Shown here: piece after piece, positions 27,822 to 35,641 of the stretch
Numbering within the stretch: position 1 is the stretch's first letter
How the letters are laid out: the number at the start of each line of letters is the position of its first letter
Source of the DNA: a virus
DNA length: 57,714 nt
Direction: 5' to 3' (one strand)
Virus record (IMG/VR): IMGVR_UViG_3300000295_000011
Notes under the pieces: model-generated
What the model saw: the letters and a program-made list of their open reading frames with translations, nothing else
Told to the model about the DNA's origin: nothing
Databases searched by the model: none
Made by a program: the position numbers and the translations under genes

Positions 27822-29010
27822 TGAACTGACGGGCGTGGTTGTGCCCGACTCCTCCGAGATTCGCGAGGACTTCGCAAAGGGCATCGTGAAGGCGTTCCGC
27901 TCCGATCCCGACCGTCCCGACGTGAACGTTGAACCGACCTCCCCGATGGGGCAAGTGGTCGACCTGGTCGCTGCGGAGATCGAGGCGAAGAATGCCGAGA
28001 TCGCATACCTTGCCAATCAGCTCAACCCCCAGACTGCTCGTGGTGTCTTCCTCGACGCCATTGGCGGCCTCTACGGCATCGACCGCAAGCTCTCAGAGCC
28101 TTCCGTGGTTACCTGCACTCTGACAGGCCTGAAGGGCACTGTGATCCCTTATGGCGCGATTGTGCAGGACACCAACGGGAATAACTTCAGGCACTCCGCT
28201 GTTGGCGGTGCTGTGATCGGGGACGATGGGACGGTCACCACGACTTTCGATTCGGTCGAGCACGGCTCGGTCGAGGTCGCACCTGAGACGGTGACGAAGA
28301 TCGTCACGATCGTCGCAGGGTGGGATGCCGTCACGAATCCCGACTCGGGCGCTCTCGGACGCAGCAGGGAACCTGACAGCGAGTACCTCGCGCGCATCAC
28401 GGAGAGCTACGCGATCAATGCTCTGGGTAGCTTGGAGGCCATTCAGGCGAATCTGGCAGAGCTTGACGGCGTGCTTGACTGCGTGGTGCTAGAGAACTTC
28501 ACGAACGAGTACAAGACGGAATTCGGCCTGCGCATCGAGCCGCACAGCATCGCGGTCTGCATCGTGGGCGGGGATGATGAGGCAATCGCCGAGACCATCT
28601 ACCGACGAAAGGACATGGGGTGCGGCACGACGGGCAGTTACTCGGTCACGTACATCGCAAAGGATCACTTCAACGCGACGTACACGTACCGCATCACCCG
28701 TCCGAGCACACAGGACTTCAAGGTGCGCGTGACGTTTAACGCCGAGTCCGTGAACCCGTATGAGGAAGCGGACGTAAAGGCGGCCTTGATTGCGGACTTC
28801 TCGGGCGAAGGCTCGAACCCGCGCATCAAACTGGCTACGAAGGTCTACGCGTCCCGCTTCTACGGCGTGGCGATCCCCAAGACTACGGCTCCCGTGCGCA
28901 AGATCGAGATTCAGCTCGGCGATGCAGGGTGGGTTGACTCCGTGGAGATCCCCGCCAACGTCGAGCCTTCGATTTCCTCGGAGAACATCGTCTTCGTGTA
29001 CGAGAGGTAA
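27802..29010 (+). CDS. baseplate J-like protein
   Basis: 402 aa, by position and general resemblance. Confidence 0.65.
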   Translation: MAVVKFDELTGVVVPDSSEIREDFAKGIVKAFRSDPDRPDVNVEPTSPMGQVVDLVAAEIEAKNAEIAYLANQLNPQTARGVFLDAIGGLYGIDRKLSEPSVVTCTLTGLKGTVIPYGAIVQDTNGNNFRHSAVGGAVIGDDGTVTTTFDSVEHGSVEVAPETVTKIVTIVAGWDAVTNPDSGALGRSREPDSEYLARITESYAINALGSLEAIQANLAELDGVLDCVVLENFTNEYKTEFGLRIEPHSIAVCIVGGDDEAIAETIYRRKDMGCGTTGSYSVTYIAKDHFNATYTYRITRPSTQDFKVRVTFNAESVNPYEEADVKAALIADFSGEGSNPRIKLATKVYASRFYGVAIPKTTAPVRKIEIQLGDAGWVDSVEIPANVEPSISSENIVFVYER

Positions 29011-29013
29011 GGC

Positions 29014-29649
29014 ATGGCGGACACACAGACATGGTTCAACTTCGCATCCGTTGAGGACGTGCGGGGCATCCCCGATGTCGCCTCCACGCAGTCAGAAGCT
29101 ATCCAGACGCAGTACGCCTTCAGTGCGGACTTTCAGAATCTGGGAAGCCTGATGCAGGATGTGATCGACGCCACGCACGACCTCGAGCGCCTGCACGCGG
29201 CGGCGATGGATCCCCAGACCGCCTACGGCGTTTACCTCGACTGGTGGGGGCAGAAAGTCGGCGTAGACCGCTTCATCAAGGTGCGCGGCGAGTACGTGCG
29301 CTTTGATGATGACTACTTTCGCTTCCTGATCCTCTACCGCGCCGCTTGCAACATCTCGAACGGCTCGGCGGACGCCGCGAACAAGCTGCTACAGCGCCTG
29401 ACGGACACCACGGTTTTCGTCGTGGACTATCTCGACATGAGCGTGAACAGCATCGTCATCATCGGGAACATTTCCGACCTGCAGGCAATGATTTTGCAGA
29501 CCTACGGCCTATTGAATCGACCAGCGGGCGTTCTGACCAATCTTCTCGTCATCTATCCCGACGAGCAGATTTTCGGCTTTGAGGGGTCGACCCTCATGCC
29601 TTTCGACGTCGGCGTTTTCAATCCCGGCAGAACAATTGAGATTGATTGA
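29014..29649 (+). CDS. baseplate/fibre-attachment protein (DUF2612 / gpI-like)
   Basis: 211 aa, between the J-like gene and the first fibre gene. Confidence 0.5.
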   Translation: MADTQTWFNFASVEDVRGIPDVASTQSEAIQTQYAFSADFQNLGSLMQDVIDATHDLERLHAAAMDPQTAYGVYLDWWGQKVGVDRFIKVRGEYVRFDDDYFRFLILYRAACNISNGSADAANKLLQRLTDTTVFVVDYLDMSVNSIVIIGNISDLQAMILQTYGLLNRPAGVLTNLLVIYPDEQIFGFEGSTLMPFDVGVFNPGRTIEID

Positions 29650-30707
29650 TGAGCAACTATCCCGAACACCTGTTGACCTCGGCACTGGCCGCCGAGGGCG
29701 ACAAAACGATTCCGCCCGCAACCTCGCAGGAGGCGGGCACTGGCCGCTTTTCGCAGAACAAGGGGTGGACGGAAGTCAACTCCATGCCGCTCGCAGAGGG
29801 CGGCATCCCGCCGAAGCGTCAAGACTTCAACGGTGCGTTCTACCTGCTATCCCAGCTTCTGCTTTGGTATCAGCAGGGCGGCGTGATGAACTATTCCGTC
29901 GACCTCGACTATGAGGTCGGTAATGAGGTCATGCTCAACGGAACTAAGTATCGCTGTCTTCGCGAGAATGGCCCGGGCACGTCGCTTGTCACGCCTGGGT
30001 CGAGCAAGGCCGTTTGGAAAAATTTGGACGCACCAAGCGTTATAGCAGGTCAGATCACGCCTTTTGCGAATTGCCGTCTTGGTGGCAGCGACGGACGTCG
30101 CTTGATTCCGTGGGGCGAGACAGCGGCCGACGAGCGATATGTGTTGTGTGACGGTGGCTCCGACGGCCTCGGAGGTACTGTTCCAGACTTGATTGGGAAG
30201 TTTATTCTCCCGAGCACCGTAGGCGAGTCTGGACAGGTTGGTGGCAAGCTGACCGCAGGGACGGATGACAAAAAGATTGCGGGGACGGTTGGCGAAACGA
30301 TTCTGACCGTTGACCAGATCCCCAGTCACTCGCACACCGGCAAGGCTGCGGCGGTGTCCGGGCATACGCACTCGCGCGGCACGATGAACATCACGGGCTC
30401 CTTCCCCGTCGATGATCACAAGCAGCGTTATGTGACCGGCAGCTTCTACGCAGGCGAATGGGACTGTTGGGATAGCGACAACCGAGACTCTGAAAACACG
30501 TCGGTGCGGTGTCAGTTCGACGCCGCGCGCACTTGGACGGGGCGCACGTCTACGGATGGCGCTCACTCACACGACGTCACCCTCGAGTCCGTCGGCGGCA
30601 ATCAGGGACACACGCACACGCTTGACGGCGCGTCACATTCGCACACGGTCAAACTTCCGCTGCCGCCGTTCTTCAAACTGGCTTTCTTTGTAAAGCTACC
30701 TGAATAA
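29646..30707 (+). CDS. tail fibre protein with collar-like segment and HxH repeats
   Basis: Segment LCDGGSDGLGGTVPDLIGKFILPS. Repeats HSHTG, GHTHS, AHSHD, GHTHT, SHSHT. Contains MNITGSFP, which resembles the cassette entry motif. Confidence 0.7.
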   Translation: MMSNYPEHLLTSALAAEGDKTIPPATSQEAGTGRFSQNKGWTEVNSMPLAEGGIPPKRQDFNGAFYLLSQLLLWYQQGGVMNYSVDLDYEVGNEVMLNGTKYRCLRENGPGTSLVTPGSSKAVWKNLDAPSVIAGQITPFANCRLGGSDGRRLIPWGETAADERYVLCDGGSDGLGGTVPDLIGKFILPSTVGESGQVGGKLTAGTDDKKIAGTVGETILTVDQIPSHSHTGKAAAVSGHTHSRGTMNITGSFPVDDHKQRYVTGSFYAGEWDCWDSDNRDSENTSVRCQFDAARTWTGRTSTDGAHSHDVTLESVGGNQGHTHTLDGASHSHTVKLPLPPFFKLAFFVKLPE

Positions 30708-30716
30708 GAGGGCGAA

Positions 30717-31808
30717 ATGGCAGAAAAATTTTTATTCCATTACGTCTATACGGCGGTCGGGACGCTTTCGGGGCAGAGCTTCATCACGCAGACGGAAGAT
30801 GCGATTAACGATCTCGCTCGTTATGCGTCCGAAGGCAACGCAGATGCTACCGAGGCTCTTCGTCTGGCGAAGATCGCGAACGACAACTCAGAGACCGCTC
30901 TGAACAACTCGTCTCAAGCGGTCTCAACGGCGAACTCAGCGCTCTCTCAAGTCAAGACGCTGACGACAACGGTTGAGTCGTGGAACAAGCGCATCCAGAC
31001 GGCTGAGTCCAATGCGGCGACCGCCGTCTCGACAGCCAACGCAGCGAAGTCGAGTGCGGAGTCGGCAGTGACGACCGCAAATTCTGCTCTTGCCATTGCA
31101 GGTGAGGCGAAACAAAACTCGAGCGATGCGCTTGCCATTGCGCAGCAGGCGGACAAGAACTCTACGTTCGCTGTGAGCAAGGCAACCGATGCTGCTGCGA
31201 CCGCTGACGAAGCGAAGAAGCTGGCTCAGCAGGCGGTCATCGATGCAGAGTCTACTCTCGTCGAAATGGAGGGACTCCTCGCCACCACGACGGCCAAGGC
31301 CACGGAGGCCGCCTCGTCCGCGCAAGACGCCTCCTCGAGCGCGCTGCAGGCTCAAAACTCCTCGTTGCTCGCCGAAAAGTGGGCGAGCTGGATGAGCAAT
31401 TCTGCGGCCGAGGGACAGCCCGAGGACTTTACGGTCGACGGCACTGAATACTCGTCGAAGTGGTATGCGACCAAGGCCTCCGAAAGCGCAAGCGTGGCTT
31501 CTGATGCCTCAACGTCTGCTACGGCTGCCGCTGACTCTGCGGGCGCAAGCGCAACGGGTGCGCAGCAGTCGATGCAGACCGCTCAGCAGGCGGCGGCAGG
31601 GGCGAGTGCGTCCGCGCAGGCGGCAGAAGGATCAGCTGTTCGCGCAGAAGATGCCGCGAAGCGAGCTGAAGATGCGGCCTCAAGAAACGTCAATGCACTG
31701 ACCTATGACGCGCAGACACCGACCCCTGAGCAGCAGGCACGGGCGAGAGCAAACATCGGCATCTTGAGCGACGCCGAAATTGATGGGCTTTTTGCTGATC
31801 AGAGTTAA
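30717..31808 (+). CDS. tail fibre protein (Ala/Ser-rich coiled-coil shaft)
   Basis: 363 aa of repetitive A/S/T/Q coiled-coil-like sequence. Confidence 0.65.
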   Translation: MAEKFLFHYVYTAVGTLSGQSFITQTEDAINDLARYASEGNADATEALRLAKIANDNSETALNNSSQAVSTANSALSQVKTLTTTVESWNKRIQTAESNAATAVSTANAAKSSAESAVTTANSALAIAGEAKQNSSDALAIAQQADKNSTFAVSKATDAAATADEAKKLAQQAVIDAESTLVEMEGLLATTTAKATEAASSAQDASSSALQAQNSSLLAEKWASWMSNSAAEGQPEDFTVDGTEYSSKWYATKASESASVASDASTSATAAADSAGASATGAQQSMQTAQQAAAGASASAQAAEGSAVRAEDAAKRAEDAASRNVNALTYDAQTPTPEQQARARANIGILSDAEIDGLFADQS

Positions 31809-31823
31809 CAAGGAGGCATTCAT

Positions 31824-32051
31824 GTGAGTGTGATTCGACCCGCGCTTTCTTCCAGTGAGCGCACTACCGAGAGAAGGGCTGTGACGGTTATCCGACGCAG
31901 CCCTTCTTTTTTACGGCCGCAGACGATCGTCGAGGGGCTCCCGCAGGAGACCCCGACCGATCCGTATCTGCCGGTCGACTGGAAAACAGGAGATGTGATT
32001 ACGGCTGCAAGGCTGAACGCCACCGATGAAGGCGTCGACAAAAAACGCTGA
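31824..32051 (+). CDS. possible small fibre-associated protein or remnant
   Basis: GTG start after AAGGAGG. Only the C-terminal half (DWKTGDVITAARLNATDEGV) looks protein-like. Confidence 0.3.
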   Translation: MSVIRPALSSSERTTERRAVTVIRRSPSFLRPQTIVEGLPQETPTDPYLPVDWKTGDVITAARLNATDEGVDKKR

Positions 32052-32138
32052 CGCCATCGAGCGGCTTAAGGCTCAGCAGCCCACGAAAATCCCCACAACT
32101 TTTATTGACAACCTCTTTTAAATAAGGAATTTTTTATC

Positions 32139-32978
32139 ATGGCTACTCAGTTTCTCGACCTCGCTGGCTTGACCTACTATGACGGCAAGCTGAAGGAAAA
32201 GGCCGCTGGCTCCATCAAAATCGAAGGTCTGAACGTCTCGCTTACGTCGATCTCTGGTGCGGTACTCGGCACGATCGCGATCCCGCAGCAAGAAATCGAA
32301 CTCGCCTCTGGTTCGAAGAATGGCCTTATGAGCAAGGAACACTTCACCAAGCTCGAAGGTATCGCCGCCGGTGCAACGCTGGTCGAAGAAAGCGAAACTA
32401 ACGGCAATGTCAAGATCAATGGCAAGGAAACGACGGTTTACACGCCTGAGGTCTACACCCCTCACGAAAATGGCCTCTACAAGGTGACGGTCACCGACAA
32501 GGGTGCTGTGAGCGTCGCCACGCCGGTCACGAAGAGTGACATCACCGGTCTCGGCATTCCGGCTCAGGACACGACCTATGCGCCTGCATCTGGCGAAAAG
32601 GATGGCCTGATGTCGGCTGCTCACTTCACCAAGCTTGAAGGCGTTGAAGCCAAGGCTCAGGTGAACGTGATCGAGAAGGTGTCTGTCAACGGCTCTGCGC
32701 TCCCGATCAACAGCAAGGGTGTGAACATTGACCTCACGCCGTATGCCCTCAGGACCGACATCACGAATGTCTACAAGTTCAAGGGCTCTGTCGAGAACTT
32801 CGAGGCTCTGCCGAAGGACGACGTGACGGCTGGTGACGTGTATGACGTTAAGGCCGCTCATGGCGACAATCCCGCCGGCACGAACTTTGCCTGGACGGGC
32901 ACGGAATGGGATCCGCTCGGCGGTGCTTTCCACGTCGACGCTATCGCTACCAGCGCTATCGACGCTCTCTTCGCTTAA
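32139..32978 (+). CDS. tail fibre protein (GLMS..HFTKLEG repeat type)
   Basis: Repeat NGLMSKEHFTKLEGI / DGLMSAAHFTKLEGV. The N-terminus MATQFLDLAGLTYY is shared with the next fibre gene. Confidence 0.7.
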   Translation: MATQFLDLAGLTYYDGKLKEKAAGSIKIEGLNVSLTSISGAVLGTIAIPQQEIELASGSKNGLMSKEHFTKLEGIAAGATLVEESETNGNVKINGKETTVYTPEVYTPHENGLYKVTVTDKGAVSVATPVTKSDITGLGIPAQDTTYAPASGEKDGLMSAAHFTKLEGVEAKAQVNVIEKVSVNGSALPINSKGVNIDLTPYALRTDITNVYKFKGSVENFEALPKDDVTAGDVYDVKAAHGDNPAGTNFAWTGTEWDPLGGAFHVDAIATSAIDALFA

Positions 32979-33001
32979 TCGATGACCAACTGAGGTGAAA
33001 A

Positions 33002-33616
33002 ATGGCCGGTTTTCTTGATCTAACCGGCCTCTCGCGCTTCAAATCGAAGTTGCTTGAGGCCATTGCAAACGTTTATGTCACCAAGACAGCACATTCGAAG
33101 GCGCTTAACCTCAAGGTCAACAAGGCCGACCTTGAATCTGAAATCAAGCGAGTCCTTGGAACTCTAGACACGGGCATCCCGGTTGGCGCGATCATGGCCT
33201 TCCACGATGTGCCTGCGGGATGGCTTCAGTGCAACGGGGCGGCGGTGAGTCGAACGACTTACGCCGCTCTTTTTGCAAAGATCGGCACAAAGTACGGCTC
33301 GGGTAACGGCTCGACGACGTTCAACCTCCCGAACCTTCACCATAAGTTCATCGAGGGCACGACCACTTCTTCAGAGGTTGGTAAGTCTGTGTCGGCTGGG
33401 TTACCGAACATCAGCGGACGACTCGGCGCATACGACTGTGACGACTCCAAATTCTCAGGGCCATTTCAATATGTAGGCCATGAAGGCGGCGTCTCAACTG
33501 CATGGAGGAGCGTTCCGTACGCGAATTTTGACGCCTCGCGTGCATCGTCAAAATACGGCTCTTCGTCAACCGTCCAACCAGAGTCCATCCGCCTGATCCC
33601 TTGTATCAAATCTTGA
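33002..33616 (+). CDS. tail-collar-domain fibre / receptor-binding protein with exchangeable C-terminal tip (cassette A expressed)
   Basis: Collar-type segment PVGAIMAFHDVPAGWLQCNGAAVSRTTYAALFAKIGTKYGSGNGSTTFNLPNL. Crossover site CCGAACATCAGCGG at 33404-33417. Confidence 0.85.
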   Translation: MAGFLDLTGLSRFKSKLLEAIANVYVTKTAHSKALNLKVNKADLESEIKRVLGTLDTGIPVGAIMAFHDVPAGWLQCNGAAVSRTTYAALFAKIGTKYGSGNGSTTFNLPNLHHKFIEGTTTSSEVGKSVSAGLPNISGRLGAYDCDDSKFSGPFQYVGHEGGVSTAWRSVPYANFDASRASSKYGSSSTVQPESIRLIPCIKS

Positions 33617-33821
33617 TGCAAAGGATGAGCCTCAGTGCCGAAGGCTGTACCGTTGATGCAGAACCGTAGGTGCTGTCAGACTTGGCCGCAGAAAAGGAAA
33701 ACTTTCGGAATTGAATCTGGCCCGGGTTAAAGTATGCCTTGCTGCCCGTGGACGAGGAAAAGGCACCGGTGCCCTCCTCGCCGTGGTCACCACCACCAGG
33801 CAAAGCGCCCGTTATGTTCGG
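33606..33821 (-). other. silent fibre-tip cassette B (71 aa)
   Basis: PNITGALPGGGDHGEEGTGAF...STVQPSALRLILCIKI*. Stop-free, with no plausible independent start. Confidence 0.8.
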
Positions 33822-33826
33822 ACGCA

Positions 33827-34048
33827 CCGAACATCACAGGTGAATTCCCAAACAATGACAACGAATATGAAAAGTATTATTCAGGCGCATTTTCTATCGG
33901 ATCTGTAAGGCTTTCTGGCTATTCAGACGGAAATGGCTCTACCGGGCAGACTGGATTGTTCCGGGCTTCCAGGTCATCATCAACTTACGGATCCAGTACG
34001 ACTGTCCAACCCTCATCTGTTCGCTCGCTTTTCTGCATTAAATCTTGA
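33827..34048 (+). other. silent fibre-tip cassette C (73 aa)
   Basis: PNITGEFPNNDNEYEKYYSGAF...TTVQPSSVRSLFCIKS*. Confidence 0.8.
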
Positions 34049-34241
34049 TGCAGAAAAACGACCGGACGGCGGCAGGCTGCACGGTCGAAGAGCTGCTGTA
34101 AATCGCGCTTGAGCGAGATGCCGAAAAGTCAGCCGTGTTGCTCCCCCAGAGCTGCCCCTCTGAACAATTCCCGTCGCCGGTCTTTTTGAAGGCACCGGTT
34201 CCTGACAGCCATGACGCAGCGAGGGTTCCACTGATGTTCGG
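34038..34241 (-). other. silent fibre-tip cassette D (67 aa)
   Basis: Hand-translated: PNISGTLAASWLSGTGAFKKTGDGNCSEGQLWGSNTADFSASRSSAIYSSSSTVQPAAVRSFFCIKI*. It has no start codon, so it is absent from the ORF track. Confidence 0.75.
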
Positions 34242-34246
34242 TGCGT

Positions 34247-34456
34247 CCGAACATAACAGGTAGCTTCTTTGGACGATACGGCGGCTATTACAGCGGAGCG
34301 TTCACAGCCAACAGCTCATATAAAAGCGATGCGTGGGCCGGGACGGATCCAAACCCAACCTCAGATTTCCGAGCGTCTCGAAGCTCGTCTGTGTACGGAG
34401 CGGCGTCGACCGTCCAGCCGGCTTCAACCCGTATGCTCTTGTGCATCAAGACTTGA
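34247..34456 (+). other. silent fibre-tip cassette E (69 aa)
   Basis: PNITGSFFGRYGGYYSGAF...STVQPASTRMLLCIKT*. Confidence 0.8.
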
Positions 34457-34661
34457 TGCACAGGATAAGCCTGAGAGAAGCAGGCTGTACTGTTTGCGTC
34501 GCACCATACGTGCTATCTGAGTCTGATGCGTCGAAATAGAACAAGTGTCCGCCGTTGTTATCTTTGTTTGGGCAGTCTACAATTTTGCCAACTCGAAAGG
34601 CACCATTTTGTGTGCCGACGGGAACGTAAGCAGACGCCACAAATTCTCCTGTGATGTTCGG
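34446..34661 (-). other. silent fibre-tip cassette F (71 aa)
   Basis: PNITGEFVASAYVPVGTQNGAF...QTVQPASLRLILCIKS*. Confidence 0.8.
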
Positions 34662-34666
34662 TGCGT

Positions 34667-34870
34667 CCGAACATAACGGGTGCAGTCACTGCGTCATGGG
34701 TAAGAGGCACTGGAGCCTTCAAAGATGCCGAAAATGGTAATTGCCCAGGCGGAAACCTCAATGGGCCCGCCAAAATAGACTTTTCGGCATCTCGCTCAAG
34801 CGACTTGTATGGCTCGTCTTCAACTGTGCAGCCCGCTTCAATTCGTCTCGTTCACTGTGTTAAGTTTTAA
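34667..34870 (+). other. silent fibre-tip cassette G (67 aa)
   Basis: PNITGAVTASWVRGTGAFKDAENGNC...STVQPASIRLVHCVKF*. Related to cassette D. Confidence 0.8.
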
Positions 34871-35108
34871 TGCAATGAACGAGACGGACAGACGAGGGTT
34901 GGACGGTCGACGTGCCATATGTGCTACTGGAACGTGAGGCATCAAAGCGCAGACAACCGCCTTTGTCATTATTGATGATACTGTAATAAGACACAGCCGA
35001 TGCAGCGGTTGTTCTTGTCTTGCTGTAAATCGCTCCAGAGACATATTTATTTACTGCGGTGACATCAGCGGCACGCAAGGTGTCATAACCGACACCTGTG
35101 ATGTTCGG
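34860..35108 (-). other. silent fibre-tip cassette H (82 aa)
   Basis: PNITGVGYDTLRAADVTAVNKYV...STVQPSSVRLVHCIKT*. Confidence 0.8.
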
Positions 35109-35113
35109 ACCGT

Positions 35114-35329
35114 CCGAACATCACAGGACAAGTCAACCTATGTGGGGCTTGGGGTGGCGTCTCGAACGCCGGCGCTCTATCGACGCGCGGTTCTACCGGA
35201 GCGCCGACTGGCGGAGCACAGAACGGCGTAAATGTCTACTTTGATGCTTCGGCTTCAAGAAGCACATATGGATCGTCCAGTACAGTGCAGCCGTCATCTA
35301 TCAGAGGACTCTTCTGCATCAAGATTTGA
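35114..35329 (+). other. silent fibre-tip cassette I (71 aa)
   Basis: Hand-translated: PNITGQVNLCGAWGGVSNAGALSTRGSTGAPTGGAQNGVNVYFDASASRSTYGSSSTVQPSSIRGLFCIKI*. Not in the ORF track. Confidence 0.75.
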
Positions 35330-35549
35330 TGCAGTGAACGAGGCGAAGCGATGTCGGTTGAACAGTCGATGATGCGCCGTACTTCGCGTCGGAATTTGAT
35401 GCCGCAAGGGCAATGTCTGTAATGACGGATGAGCCAACGTTCGTCTTGCCGTTCCACGGCGTGGAGGACTTCCCACCAGAAAGTGCTCCACTGGCGGTGA
35501 AGTCATCGCAAGCTACGTTAAACGGCTTGATAGCGCCTGTTATGTTCGG
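35319..35549 (-). other. silent fibre-tip cassette J (76 aa); the only cassette with an in-frame upstream ATG (35564)
   Basis: (MQIRV)PNITGAIKPFNVACDDF...STVQPTSLRLVHCIKS*. Confidence 0.8.
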
Positions 35550-35641
35550 GACTCGGATTTGCATGTCATAGAGCGCTCTCTATGTCGTGCCGGGCACATG
35601 AGCGGGCTTCATCTGCAACTCGACGAAGCCCGCGCTGTTGG

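Larger units (their letters stand above)
33404..35549. other. multi-inversion (shufflon-like) region: 10 fibre-tip cassettes and 10 copies of a 14-nt site
   Basis: Plus-oriented sites start at 33404, 33827, 34247, 34667 and 35114. Minus-oriented sites are 33808-33821, 34228-34241, 34648-34661, 35095-35108 and 35536-35549. Consensus is CCGAACATMASNGG. Confidence 0.8.
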
